Shown here piece by piece: positions 39,258 to 52,964 of a stretch of 64,000 bases of DNA. Both the position numbers and the translations under genes were made by a program. The notes beneath the pieces were generated by a model. The model searched no databases. It had not been told where the DNA came from and saw nothing but the letters and a program-made list of their open reading frames with translations. How positions within the stretch are numbered: position 1 is the stretch's first letter; every line of letters starts with the position of its first letter. This DNA is from Trichosphaerium sp. ATCC 40318 (taxonomy: Eukaryota; Protista; Tubulinea), in contig JALMLS010000404.1 of NCBI GenBank assembly GCA_038496445.1, forward strand, positions 1 to 64,000, written 5' to 3'.

Positions 39258-40276
39258 GTGATGACAGTTTGTTGTTAACGCTTCGTTGTTGTTTAAATTA
39301 TAGCACTGAACGCAACTTAAACAAGGTGGCCTTAGATTTTGAGTTCATGATTGCTATGGCCTAGGTTTTGATTTCATGAACCCCATAGTGGCCTTTTGGC
39401 ATTGCTTTCAGAAACTAAGCCTAAAAGGTGAAGACTGTCTTAGTTCTATGCCAACTGGAGCATCTTGGGTTTCCTATATTTTTCTTTTTTGTCAACGTGG
39501 CTTTGTTAACACTACACAAAAATGTGAGTGTGCTGTGGCGTTAGGTGTAGTAGATATTAACTTTCTAAGGGCGGCTCCTGACGTGTCATAGTGTAGATAT
39601 GTTTTGTAGAAGAAGCAAAGCATGAGCTGGCTCTTGTTTTGACATATCAACAACTCGTAAATAGAATCAATTTAATGTCAAACCTATAAAGCCAAGGACT
39701 ACAAAAGCACCTTCCCATCTCCAATTGACTCACCTTGTAATGATTGAACCAACTATGAGCCGTCCTGGGGCGGTGTATATCTTCTTAGAAGGTAATACCT
39801 ACCTATTACTGCCTTTTGTCGTGTTCCACAAACCATTCTTTTACTTATAGCAGCCCTGGCATAATAACGTGTGGTACCTATTCAGCATAACACGACTTTC
39901 TCTCTTTAAAAACGCAACTCTCGTAGTTACTACATTAAATTGTACTTTGAAATACAACAGTATTTTTTTTGGGTTTGGATTTTTGGATGGATTTTGTAGA
40001 ACAACCAATGTATCTACGTTTGTCAGCCACTAGAAAAAGTTTAAGGGTGTATGTGAGCAGCTGTGGAGAACTACTTCATTTGATATCTAGAGCTATTCGT
40101 TTCTTTTTTATCAGCGTGGCCAAAAGAAAATTGTAGATCCAAGTTAAAGGTTTTTTCAAAACAAGCTGGCTCACTGAAGTATCGTGCATAAACGGCCAAT
40201 TTCAGTCGTTCCTGCCGTGGAATTCAAATCAGAAAAAATTAGGAAAGCTCCATTTAAAACGCCGATGCTGCCATTC

Positions 40277-40451
40277 TGTTGCCGTTGCTTGTGATGAAAC
40301 GCCAGATGTGTTTCCTCTTCAGGTATTCGTCAAAGTCTGTTACAGTCAATACAGAAAAGGAAAAACAACTAGCCAGTTTAGTTGTGTTTTTGGACATTGC
40401 TCAGTTGCTACAAGCAATGTTGTAAACCTTACAATGTACAAGACATCTTAA
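40277..40451 (+). pseudogene. 3' fragment of family-A F-box gene
   Basis: VAVACDETPDVFPLQVF..FGHCSVATSNVVNLTMYKTS* matches the C-terminus of 20207-21190. Confidence 0.8.
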
Positions 40452-40681
40452 TTAAAAAAATGTGTTAACAAGCCATCAATTTGCTGTGTTATCTCCGTCA
40501 GAAATGACCTCTTGGGAAAGGTGGCAGCCTGTCTTATCAATAAAAGACTTAGCTTGTATGACACCTTCAAATCTCCAACAAACGAGTCTTGAGAAGTATA
40601 TGTAGTATTCTATCAATGTGTTTGACCAATGCACGTGAATATTTCAGAGAACCGAGATTCCATAGAATGTAACTATGTTTT

Positions 40682-42957
40682 TTATTTATTAACTTGAATT
40701 ACTCCCTTTTTAGTTTTGGATACGTTGCCCCATGAGTAAGGGAAAAGTTGTTCTGGTCGTAAAACTATGAGTACAATTGTTACAACAATCACAATCACTA
40801 AAAATAGAGCAACAAAGCCACCAATATAATATCCAATGTTGCTTTTAGAGCAAGTTGTATCGAATATTGTGATAAGTAAAGTGTTTGAGGCTAAAACAAA
40901 CTTCCATTAGCATAAACAATAAAAAAAGAAGTTGTTGTGGTACTTTTTGTAACTGTTGCTTCATGAAGGCAGTCGTCATTGAACGAGGGAATATCAAAAA
41001 CACAACTGTTAGTATTGATATTTACCAGCAGAGTTATTGGAGGCATAGCGCTCTTACCAATATCTAGCAAGCCTCCTACAAGATGAAAAATTAGGTTAGC
41101 GTGAGTGACAATAAAGTCAAGGTGGTACATACCCTTAAAGTCTATGCATCCAGAGACAGTAATATTGAAATCTCCATTTATTCTAATTGTACTTCCATTT
41201 GTCCATGTCAAGTCACCTTAAAAATCTTGTTAGTATAACAACGCACATGCATCATCTAATCATTCATTTTCGCACCTGTGATAAATATTTCTCCCATGGC
41301 AAGCGTAAGAATTTCCGGAACGTTGAAATCACCGTCTATTATCCATGTATCGTTGATGCAAACTTCATTGCTCAGAACAGATTCTTTACCTCCACATAAG
41401 CACCTTGTACCATCTTCAAAAGCCCCTTTTGCAGCACAATTTCTTTGAACTTCTGAGGGAGCATTGTTTGTGAGATTAAGAGGTATGTTAAACTCTTCCA
41501 CAATTGTATACTCATCAGATATTAAAAGCGTAGTGGTATTTGGAATAAATATGGCGCTCTGAGACTCGTTGAGCTGAGTGAAGTTTTGGATTATTTCGCC
41601 TTAAAACAAGACTGTATAAGGTAAAGTTGAATATTCAAAAAGAACATACCATTTATGTTGAGAATAGCAATGAAGTGTTTATCAGCTGCTATGATTAGCC
41701 CATGTCCCTGTACCTCATTATATGTTATACGTTGGATTCTGGCAGCATTGCGGATTGGAGATAGATCTGCTAGGAATGCTTGTTCTTTAGATAAATCATC
41801 TTAATTGATTAAGTCGTAGCCTGTCATGTATTGGTGTACGTACTAATGTGGTATTTAAGAATGTAACCACCATTCGGAATAATCAATTCACTGTCTGAAA
41901 CGAAACTACATCCCTGAGCGAGTGTAAGCAATGGCCTTTTAAGTCATTTATACATCATACTTGTGGTGTAAAACCTTTCCAATCGTCTCGCTGTATTGAG
42001 CCAAAATATTCGGGTACTATAGCGTTTGTACCAAACTTATAAATTTGCACACCAAACTCGGGGTCTGCAATACACATGGATTGCTTACTAGGACTAAAAC
42101 TTATTTGTCTAATATTATTAGGGTGCTCTATATCAATGGAAAACCCAGCTTTGTAGGAATAATCAGTAGCGTTAAATATCACCTATGAAACCAAACAATT
42201 AATAGAAAAATCATATGATACTTTTTGTAGTGAGCAGAAAAGTATGTGTCTCGTTCATTTTTGTAAATAACAAAAAACACGTGACATTTGACAAAATTTC
42301 GACATAGAAAACTCTTGGTAATACTCGTTTTCGGAGAAGGTTGAGTTGACAAAAGTTCGATAGTGTGTTCTAGGGAGTACTAACGCTTTTTCTGCTTTTG
42401 TAGGCAAAATATAAATCAACAAAACAGTATTTGCTTACTATGTTATCCTCTTTAGAACCAGTAAGATAAATTAAGTTGTTACGAAACGCAATGGCTGGTT
42501 TAATTGTTATTTAGTAAAACGGTTTACGGAACGTTTACCTTGAGGGTGAGAGTTTGCGAACTCGTCTTGATTCCATTTATCAATTGTCGCATTCTCAATA
42601 AGGGCTCCTACGCAATACTAAGAATTACAATACCACAAGTTATCTTTACCAGTGGAGTTAAAGGTAATAAGCTGTCCAGGACCCCTGTCGGCGTAAGCAA
42701 CTACTAGATTTCCATTCGGTAACCATAACATATCTTGAACAATAGCGCTTCGGTCCAAGTCGAAGGATACTAGCGCTGTGCCTGTAACAAAAGGTGTTAT
42801 TTATTGGCATAATAACACAAGCAATAATTAATTGGCTATAGCCCTTGTGTGGACGCAGCAATAAAGTAGCGTCGTAACATTAGTAATTCTAGTAGTCACC
42901 TTTAAATAATAGTATCATAAGTACACTGAATATTCCGCAAAGCCACAATGATGCCAT
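40682..42957 (-). CDS. Type I membrane protein, tandem copy 1 (multi-exon)
   Basis: Signal peptide MASLWLCGIFSVLMILLF; beta-rich ectodomain (NIRQISFSP..GVQIYKF); CLCGG..EVCINDTW; TM YYIGGFVALFLVIVIVVTIVLIVL; short tail. Confidence 0.7.
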
Positions 42958-43238
42958 GTTTGTACTATTACAAGAAACTCGAACAAGATAGTCAACGAAA
43001 GTCGATGTTTTACATTCCGATAAATCACGTGGTTGTCACTCTATCACGTCTGACTTTGAGGCCAATACAATATAATTGTTGTTTGCACAGCTTTTTGCAA
43101 AGTTTGCTCACATTTGTTGCTTCATTCTCATATTCCATTTCAGTAAGCACAACCGCCTGACAAAAAAGTACATTGTCGCTAGAATGTACTCCATATTTTA
43201 TTGTAGTGAGGGAGTATAAAATCATGATTTTTGTTGCT

Positions 43239-45421
43239 TCACTGTATGACTCCCTGTTTATTTCTGGATACATTACTCCACGAGTAAGGGAAAAGTTGTT
43301 CTGGTCGTAAAACTATGAGTACAATTGTTACAACAATCACAATCACTAAAAGTAGAGCAACAAAGCCACCAATATAATATCCAATGTTGCTTTTGGAGCA
43401 AGTTGTATCGAATATTGTGATAAGTAAAGTGTTTGAGGCTAAAACAAACTTGCATTAACAAAACAATAAAAAAGAAGATGCTCTGATACTTTTAGTAACT
43501 GTTGCTTCATGAAGGCAGTCGTTATCGAATGAGGGAATGTCAAAAACACAACTGTTAGTTTGGACGTTGATTAGAATTCGTATTGGAGGCGTAGCACGGT
43601 TTCCAACAGCCAATACAGCCCCTAAGTGGAGTACGTTTACAAGAGGTTAGCAAGCGGGGTACTTGCCTTTAATATCTACACATCCAGAGACAGTAATATT
43701 AAAATCTCCATTTATTATGATTGTACTTCCATTTGTCCATGTCAAGTCACCTTAAAAATCGTGTTAGCACCCCCTTGGTCATATTGAAACCAGTACCTGT
43801 GATAATTATATCTCCCAAATCCAGTTCAAGGATATCTGGAACATTGAAATCACCGTCTATTATCCATGTATCGTTGATGCAAACTTCATTGTTCAGAACA
43901 GATTCTTTACCACCACATAAGCACATTGTGTTTTCTTCAACACCTCCTCTTGATATGCAATCGCTTTGAGTTTGAGGCGGAGGATTGTTGTCAGTAGGAT
44001 TAGTTAGATTAATAGGTATATTTATCTCCTCTTTTATCGTATTGCTGTCAGCTATCCAAAGCGTTGTGGTATTTGGAACAAATATGGCACTCTGAGATTC
44101 ATTAAGCTGAGTGAAGCTTCGAAGTATTTCTCCTATTGCAATATTACGGAGAGTAAAACTGTGCGAACCGACTGTACCGGCACCATTAAGAACTATAATA
44201 TTGAAAGCATTAGCCGCTATTATAGTGCCATGTACATAGTCTTCGCTGTATGTTACACGTTGAATATTTAAGTGTGAATTAATCGAAGATACGTCTGCCA
44301 ATACTGATTGTTCTGTTGACAAGTCGTCTTTTTATTGTTTAGTATTAGCTTATTAGTGCCAACGTACTAATATCGTATTCATAAATAAACGTTTTGTCAG
44401 GGACTATAACGGTAGTATCCGAAAGGAAGTCACAACCCTTAAAACATATATATCAACAAGGTTGGAAATGGAATATTGTAACCACTGCTCGCACCTGAGG
44501 AGAAAAACCAGTCCAAGTTCGTGATATAGTATCAGTCAAAGCAGGTTTGATATCACCAGCGTTGAACTTATAAATCTGCACACCAAGTTTGGGAACGGCA
44601 ACGCACATGAATTGCTTATCAGGGCTGAAACTTATCTGTCTAATATTTTGTGGGTTTGGTATCAGTCTTGATGAGAACCCGTCTTTATAAGAATAATCAA
44701 TAGCGTCAAATATCACCTGTGAAAATAAAAAACTATTAATAGAAAAATCACGTGATAAAAATCGAGTTCCAAAAAAATTCAAAAACAAGACAGGCTATCC
44801 AACACCTTTCACTGGGTTAGAAATTAACTAAAACAAGGGTGTAGGTACTGAACAAAACTCAAATGAAGTTGTAATGTAAGAAAAACCGAAAAATAAATTA
44901 ATTGAAACGCACAATTTCGTTCTGTTTAGCGCCTGTGGCGTAGATTAAATTATTACGGATAGCAATACCTTGTAAAAACTAATTAACATCAATCTAAATA
45001 GCACGTGTATGTACCTTGAGGATGTGCGTCTCTGAACTCGTCATTATTCCACGTTGTTATGGTCTTATTTTCAATAGATTGCCCTTTAACTATTTAAATC
45101 GCCCAGAGACATTGTACTCAGTAAGAATATCTTACCGTCTTTGGTTAAGGTTAAAATCTTTCCAGAAGTTTCCTTTTCAGCGTAGGCAACTAGTAGGTTC
45201 CCATCTGGTAACCATACCATATCTTGTACAACAGCATCTCCATCCAACTCAAAGGAAGCGGCTTTAATAAAAATAAATAAAGTGATTTTAATTAAAGCTT
45301 TAGCTACAGCCATGCTGTTATTGTAAGGTTTATTATTGCTACTGGTTAGCGTCAACGAACCTTTACAAATGGTTATAATAACCACTAAGTTTAATAACCC
45401 ACTAAGCCATGGTGACACCAT
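43239..45421 (-). CDS. Type I membrane protein, tandem copy 2 (multi-exon)
   Basis: Paralog of 40682-42957 with the same exon layout; signal peptide MVSPWLSGLLNLVVIITIC; near-identical TM exon. Confidence 0.7.
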
Positions 45422-45530
45422 TTGTCTTTCGTGTACAATCCAAATACCAAGGAAAACAAACCATGGTCAATACAGGTCTATAAATCAGATCTGAAGTGTT
45501 TGGCTCAGCTTCTTTGAAATCCATGCGCCA

Positions 45531-46389
45531 ATGACATCTAAACGCATCATACGTTTTGATAGCTGTTCACAAGATACTACTGACTTGTTTTCGCTACCTG
45601 TTGAGATACTTTTGAGTATTATCATTACTAACGACATGACATGGCAAGATTTAGCTTCATTACAACAATCAAACCATTATCTATGCGAAATTATACGAAA
45701 CTCGTCAGATTACATTTATCGACATTTATATCAACAGAAATGGGGTCGCGACGCTGAAGATATCGAGGTGTTCACACAAACAAGTTGAAAGAGATTTACA
45801 ACGCTTCCGTAAACAAATCGTTGATATGCCATTGACGAATTTGTACAAGCTTGATGCAGTCACATGGAAGGATAAGTATCGAAATAAACTACTTCCAAAC
45901 ATCATCTCAGAGTTGAGTTGTGATAAGAGACATGTTCACAAAGGCGATACAATAACATTCAAGCTTACTCTACACAATGTTGGTACAACAGAAGAGGTAT
46001 CCCGAACAGTTTGTATTACAGATAGCCGTGTTATCTATATTTGGATGCCTCAAGTACAAGATCCTACAGCATACTTTAACAACATGAAGCTTCACAAGTT
46101 CTTTCGATATCATGGCTCATCAACAATTACAATTAATCCAGGAGCTTCGAGCACCTACAAAATACAATTTCAGTTTGAAACATCGGGAGATACTGGTACA
46201 TTCTATCTTCAAGGTAACACATGTGACATTTATGTTGCTAACAATGCCACACCAAACGTGTTTCCTCTTCAAGTATTTGCTAGAATCGTTACATCAAAAG
46301 CACAATATCACAATTATTCAAGCGGGGAGTATGGACATTGTTCACATGTTATTAGTAATGTTGTAAACCTCACATTGCACAAAACATAA
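45531..46389 (+). pseudogene. Family-A F-box gene, full length with one frameshift
   Basis: ORF 45531-45788 (F-box DLFSLPVEILL) and ORF 45826-46389 join via a single frameshift at ~45773 (..EVF/HKQVERDL vs ERAVHERIAKDL in the intact copy). Confidence 0.8.
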
Positions 46390-47334
46390 AAAAAAACCTG
46401 TGCCAACACAATAGTCGTAATTTTTTTATTAATGCAACAACTTAAGGGTTTGTTTACCCATATCCATATGTTTGCGTGTCACTCTGAGGTAACCATTTAT
46501 TAACTACTCGTTTACAAGGGTTGACTTTATACAAGAGGTTTTTCCTCCTTACAGTACAGGCTTGGCTACTTTGAAGCAAGCTTTTTCGGTATATAAACAA
46601 GTTTATTTAAGGTACCACAAATGCACTCCCATCTTCCGCACTATATGTTTTATGTGGTACACATGAGGGAAAAGAAGATCGAAAAGAGATGATGGACATT
46701 TGCATAGTCAAATAAGTAAGCTATGAATTGGTGAGGGTTTGTCAGGCTCCATATTACAGTCGTATTTTGCCAATCTCTCTTCAACAACTTTGTGCAGCTA
46801 AGAATTGAAAATAAGACTGCTTTACTTCTCACGGAGTGCCTGTAATACACTTCTAGCAATTCAAAGTTACGCAGTACTATTTAAACCGTATTCCGGCATC
46901 TTCATTCGAACAGTGTGATATCTCCGTAGCTACAAATTTTACCATGTGAGTTATTGTAGAGAGAATGTTCATGTACGCTTCAAACTACTGCGCAGGTCCA
47001 TCTGCCAGAAGTACATTAAATAATGGAGCTGTCCTGACTTTTAACCCAAATACTACTAAAATAGTTAATTTCTGCTTTCACAAAGCACGTGACCTTAGAT
47101 AGCGTACTACTTATCTTGTTCACATGGAAAACAGGTTGTGATATAATTATTGCAGGCTTTGCTGTATTGATGATCATTCAGGTAACAAAAAGACCTTTCT
47201 GCTTTTCTACAATACCTCGAGTGTATGTGGGCGTATTTAGCGCAATTTCTTTGTTTGCAGTTTTTTTGTGTTATTGACGTCACAGGTTCCAGATACACTT
47301 AAGCACTGGTAGATACAACAACACATCCTCAACT

Positions 47335-49021
47335 ATGAAGCACTGCTCTTTGATATATGCCCTGGCAGTAATGCTTACGATTTTTGGTACAGTCTTGTAA
47401 AAGCTTTTACGAAATGCCTTTTTGTTACCTCGGCTGTTTTTTGAATCAAACCATTCTCATTGATTTTTTTAGCCATCTCAGACGCTCATGGTGATGAGCC
47501 CGAGCCCCCTTGCCCATCTTGCGTAATTGGAGATTATGCGCCCTCTGAACTAAGCTGTTGGGCGCGCTTTGTAAACAGAGGACCGAATTGTCTCATAATA
47601 CGAAAGAATCACGTGGATAGAAACAGTACGTTCTCTTATTTTTTTTTTCTTCCAAAACTCCGGAACGCAAAAAAGCAACATCACCTCACAAAACACAATG
47701 TGATTTGTAGTATCCTAGTCATCTCTCACCCTTTTAATATAGTTGAGCTTAATGCTGCTACGAATTGTATTATATTCAATAGAGGAGTTAGATTCTATGG
47801 TACAATTACTGGAAGCAACGGGAACGATTGTATCTTTTTAAGAAGAAATGCAAAGGCATACTCAAGAATGAATCTTGGACGCGGAAATGATTACATACAT
47901 ATGGCAAAAGGGAGTAAAATCCTTAATGATATTGACATGGGTACGTCATAATATTGTGTATACGAGACAGTTATTTTAAGTGTGATGATACAAATCTCCC
48001 CGAAAATGATCAAACTGATCTTTTGTTTTCTAAAGGAGATGGTGATGATTGTATAAAAGGCGAGTTAGCTTTCATTGAAAGGGACCTGGAACTTGGGAAA
48101 GGCAATGATCAAGCATACTTTTATACCATTGCTTCGAGGTAAGTTTACTTAGGCTTCAGCAGTTTATTTATAGAAGTTGATTTTTTTTGTGAACCCTTTT
48201 TTATTGACTTTTTGTTTTGTAGCGCTGGTAGCATCTACGGCGGTGACGGGGATGATCTAATAATTATTGATAACTTTTATTTTTTCAACGGAAACGATGA
48301 ATTGATAGAAGCGGCTACAGGAGGAACAACAAAGAGGGAAGCGCTCAGAAAACCAAAAAGGAGAGAAATAACAATTGAAGATAAAAATAGTAAGCATCCT
48401 TTGACCATTTCTTAGTTTTGTTCTTACAGAGTTTATTAAGAGACAAAGTTTGCTATGAACACCAAAAGGGGTTTCTATCCTAGTTTCATACACGGATCTA
48501 TAGATGGAGGTCGCGGAAACGATTGCATAGATGTGTATGAAGGCTATGTAGCTAATGTTATTGGTAAGGATTTTTTATTTTTTGTTCCGTGTTTTTTCTA
48601 TTCCTTCCACGTGCTTCCCGACAACGTTCTACGAAAATATAGAACTTTTACCAACAGTCTATCTTTGTTGTCCAACATCAGCTTAGATGATTACTAAACC
48701 AAACTAGGAGGTAGAAACGATGATTGTATAACTATGATCGATGTTTTAATTCATGACATCAATGCAAATGCTGGTGATGATTGGATATATGCCGCTCATT
48801 GGGCTATAGAACCAGAATATATTCGTAGTGGCGGTCTTAAAGGAGGTTCAGGAAACGACTACATTTTATCAGACGATTATGAACGATACGACTCAGAACT
48901 TGGTGTTTTAGATGGCGGTAGTGGCGTTGATACATGTTGCCATGAGAGATTTGAAACCAGTCGAAGATGCGAGAATGATCCATCTGTGTGTCCTCCGCCT
49001 ACGACTAATGATGGCCCTTGA
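47335..49021 (+). CDS. Secreted protein with RTX/hemolysin-type GGxGxD beta-roll repeats (multi-exon)
   Basis: Signal peptide; repeats GSNGND, GRGND, GDGDD, GKGND, GGDGDD, GGRGND, GGSGND, GGSGVD; C-terminal CC..CE..C. Confidence 0.75.
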
Positions 49022-49180
49022 GCTTATTGTAGTGTCACATGACACAAATAAATAATAAACTATTTTTATTGTTAAAGTGATCTTGTTTATTGCACACTGC
49101 TAGGTGAATGTCTGAAAATAACATAAAGACAAAACACTACCAATAACGGCTTGGACAAATACGCATTTGTATTGTTAATA

Positions 49181-50485
49181 CTAAACTCTGCGAACACAAC
49201 ATGGAGAAATTCGTGACTCACAATTGATAGTTTCAAGGACAGTCCCTGATACGCAACACCTGTAATATAATTTGTTAGAGCATTTTCATTTGAATGTTGT
49301 TGTCTTTGTATCTTACAGGTCATTGCCTTCCCCTCCATCAATATTTGGTAGATCACTACGCCCTCCTCGAAAGCCTCTCAGAATGATCACATCATCGCCT
49401 CCTCTACCATCTATACCTTGTGTAGATCCGTCAACTACAGAAAAAATTATTACACCATAAAAACAATCAAAAAAAAAACAAACACACTTATGGTAAAGTC
49501 TGTAATCTTTATAATATCATCATTTGATGTAGTGAATAGAGACGAAAATGATACATTTTCAAGTTCAATGTGTCTACATCCTACAATATGAATGAACCTA
49601 GTTTGAGAAAAAATGTGACTGTACCAAAAAAGGACACTGCTATAGTTGACTTTGCAAATATTTTTGAATCAACATGACTGCTAGAAACTACATTCAAAGT
49701 TAACAATGTAAAATCCCATTGATGAGTACCAACTGCATTATCACTTAATATAGAGTCTTCAATTTCTAAACAATCTGCTCCACCTCGTATATTCACACCA
49801 GTTAACGTTGATTTTCGTCCATTATAAGGAAGAATCTGAACACAATCTGTTGCTGATGTCCTAGGACTAAATGTTCTAACTTGACTAAAGTAAAGATTAA
49901 CAATAATTTGATAAAAGGTCTCTATTACCCAGAAGATGTTCCTTCAAGTATAATTGTATTTTGCGCGGGTGACTCAAAGTTATCAAGCGAGATATCTCCT
50001 TCAACCACTGAATCTATTGCGTGGACACAGTGGGAACCACCAACAATTCTGATGTCACCTTCGACTGTAGCGTTCACAACTTGAACACAATAATTACCTG
50101 CTGTGCTAGTTCTTACATCTCCTATTGTGCTACCAGGCATCACCTTTAAACAAGCACCGCCACGTGGTAGAAGAATATCTCCAATAGGCGTTGGTGTATC
50201 AATGATCAAACAATCATCACCTTGCAAAATCTCTGTAAAACGGTATCAATACAAACAGTCTTGTACTCTTTTTTAAATACACGCACGTGATGGATCTGTT
50301 ATTGTTTTACATGGCGGAGACGCGAAATCGCATTCATTAATACATACAGTACACTCGCAGTCGCATTTCTGACATAGAGACTGTGTTGTAAGCACTAAAC
50401 ACAGTTAACTACTATTGAACCATCTGTATGATTACGCACATAGCCACAGCACTACTGTAGACAACAAATTAAGATATGTAAGCAT
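49181..50485 (-). CDS. Secreted beta-helix/RTX-like paralog (multi-exon)
   Basis: Signal MLTYLNLLSTVVLWL; GDDCL, GGACL, GGADCL, DGRGGDD, DGGEGNDL|CCVSGTVLETINCESRISPCC; shares C-terminal architecture with 47335-49021. Confidence 0.7.
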
Positions 50486-51464
50486 CTTTGAGTAACTTTA
50501 GTGATAAAGAAAGTACAAGCACTTAATTGCGTCATCTTTTAGCCTGGTCTAGTCGTTGATAATTTTAGAACTTCTCCAAATAGCTAGTCCTAGTAGTGTA
50601 GCCGCAAAGAGCAGGTTGTGATATGGCGCTTTATTCAGCTAATGATTCGAGATTGCTCGTGTATTTTGAGAGATTGGCGTGACCGCGAGAGAACGAGAAA
50701 ATAACAACTAATATGGCGATGCCTGAATCACAAGCGCCGCAGCTTGAGGTACAAACGTCAGCTAACGATAAACTGTTTCGCAGCCTCCAATGGCATTTAC
50801 AATTTTCAGAGCTGCAAAATGATCTACAACGCTTCCTATTTTGGTTCGTCATTACTCATAGCCAGTGCATTTTCATGCATGTTATTTAGTGTTAGGTAAA
50901 TAAAACAATGGTTGCTCGTTAGGCATGCTCACAGTGGTTAACAAAAACAAGGTCAAAACTAATCGCGCTAAGAATACTGACTGCATTCATATTCACATGC
51001 CAAAACGGCATGTTCACTCCTAGGAATATTCACAGATTACGTTTGCAGGAGCTTGTACTGATACCATTGGATAACACTTGCGCTGTATTGTCCCATGACA
51101 CCAGAGTACAGTTTTTTTTAGCAACGGCAACAGACCTGGCTTCATTAGTTATGCATAGTACTTTGTATTGTGACCATTATCTATTCCAAGCCCGTCATGC
51201 GCCTCAAAACGGTTTGTTTTGCGCGGTAGAATGAAACCAGTCAATCACAAACTTGACGTTATGTCACGCGATTTAAAACACCAAAACAGTGCACTGTTTT
51301 TTTATAGATATTCAGCTTACAACGGAAAAACTGTAAGTTTGGAAAATCTGCATACGTCCAGATTTTCGGTACTTACAGTTTTTTTCCGTCCCAAAAAAGT
51401 AGTAGTCGTTTAGTTGCACGTTTTAATGGTTTTATTTTACATAGTTATACAAGGTCTGACCGTT

Positions 51465-52016
51465 TTATGCACAGTATGAGTACCCTCCGCCTTGTTAAAA
51501 AGTAAAAACGTGTTGAAGATATGTTAAGATACTTACGTAGATGTATTCCTGTGCTAGTATTGTTTGAATAGCGTAAGTGCCTTTTGACGTTTTGTTTATT
51601 AAAAAGTGTTTCAGTTTTTATCTCGTTATTAATGATACCATCTTCTTCTGTTTTTGTTGGCTTAGTCATGTCGTATAGCCATTTACCATCCTCTATAAAT
51701 TTGTACTGGTATACACGAGGAAGTTGTAGTCTAAGAACAAGCTCAAAACCCCCAGCAGTCTAAGCAATTGCGTTAACTTGCACACTTGGCTAAAAAGTCA
51801 GTTTATCATTTTTGGTTTTTTTTCCTTTCAGTAGCTGCTACGCACTCTCTTCATTATCCGTTTGCTTTGCCAGTTATCCCATGAGCCAGCAAGAAAAACG
51901 TTACAGGCGTATTGGTTATGCCAAGTAAATTTGACTGTTATGCTTGAATTCAAATCTTCGCATGTTGTGCTTGAGAGAGGCTGCCAAAAGAAGTCAAGTT
52001 GCGATGCAGAATTCAT
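51465..52016 (-). CDS. AMPK-beta-type CBM48 glycogen-binding protein (3 exons)
   Basis: VKFTW..NVFLAGSWDNWQ..FELVLRL..YQYKFIEDGKW..DGIINN. Confidence 0.85.
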
Positions 52017-52399
52017 TTTGTTTGTGTCTCAAATAGTCCGGAAGGTACGAAAAAGGAAACTTAAAGTTAAAATTTAAAATTTTATACAGCTTAGGCAATA
52101 TTTATCACACCGTCCTGCGTGCAAATGGTTTGTGAAAAAACAATTAAAACGTACTATCGTCTGTCTCATTCAAGTTTTACTAATTTTCTCTGGAAAGTGA
52201 GTTTCTAGAACTTTCAGCAGACTAGCAAGATCTGACACTTCTGTCAAACGTTGTATATCTACCACACTGTGAATTACTTGCGTTACAATGGCCGCTTTCA
52301 TTTGTTAAATCACGTGTTTTGAAACGGTGAGTCACTGGACAGGCGTGAAACTGGCCAGAATTATCTGTGGCATGAACAAATTGTTTAAACCATTTATTG

Positions 52400-52950
52400 G
52401 ACAAACTGCTAAGTGAATGTCTGAAAATAGCATAAACTATTTTTATTGTTAAAGTGAGCTTGTTTATGTGTAAACTGCTAGGTAAATGCCTGAAAAGACA
52501 AAACACTACCAATAACAGCTTGGACAAATACGCATTTGTATTGTTAATACTAAACTCTGCGAACACAACATGGAGTAATACGTGACTCACAATTGATACT
52601 TTCAAAGACAGTCCCTGATACGCAACACCTGTAATATAATTGGTTAGGTTAACACCCTTTTTACTTGTTGATCTCACATGTCATTGCCCAGCCCTCCATC
52701 AACAGTTGGTTGATCACTACGATCTCCTCTATAGCCTCTTATAATAATTGTATCATCACCTGCTCTGCCATTTATAAATGCTGGAGGTGCGAGCCCATCA
52801 ACTACAGAAAATGAATACAAAACAATAGAAAAGAAAAAAAAAAACTGACTCAGAGCGAAGTCTGTAATATGTATAACATCATCCCCACTTGTGCCGATTA
52901 GAAACTGAAAAGCTACATTTTCGAGTTCAATGTGTCTACATCCTACAACA
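52400..52950 (-). pseudogene. Orphan duplicate of the last three exons + 3' flank of the 49181-50485 gene
   Basis: High nucleotide similarity to 49055-49590 including intron positions; encodes ..DGGLGNDM|CCVSGTVFESINCESRITPCCVRRV*; no matching upstream exons. Confidence 0.8.
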
Positions 52951-52964
52951 TGAATGCATTTTAT

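Noticed and set aside
39327-39400. Two to three degenerate ~30-bp direct repeats (TGGCCT..TTTTGA.TTCATGA)
   Set aside because: Too few and too degenerate to support a functional call.
45770-45790. Programmed frameshifting joining the two F-box ORFs
   Set aside because: No slippery heptamer and the paralog at 20207 is continuous; mutation or sequencing error is simpler.
8950-46389. A contiguous endogenous giant-virus insertion
   Set aside because: No viral hallmark genes (capsid, PolB, packaging ATPase), and the virus-like genes are interleaved with intron-rich host genes.
46450-47300. Short ORFs in the intergenic stretch (also 25586-25837 and 50500-51400)
   Set aside because: No recognisable motifs or coherent exon structure.
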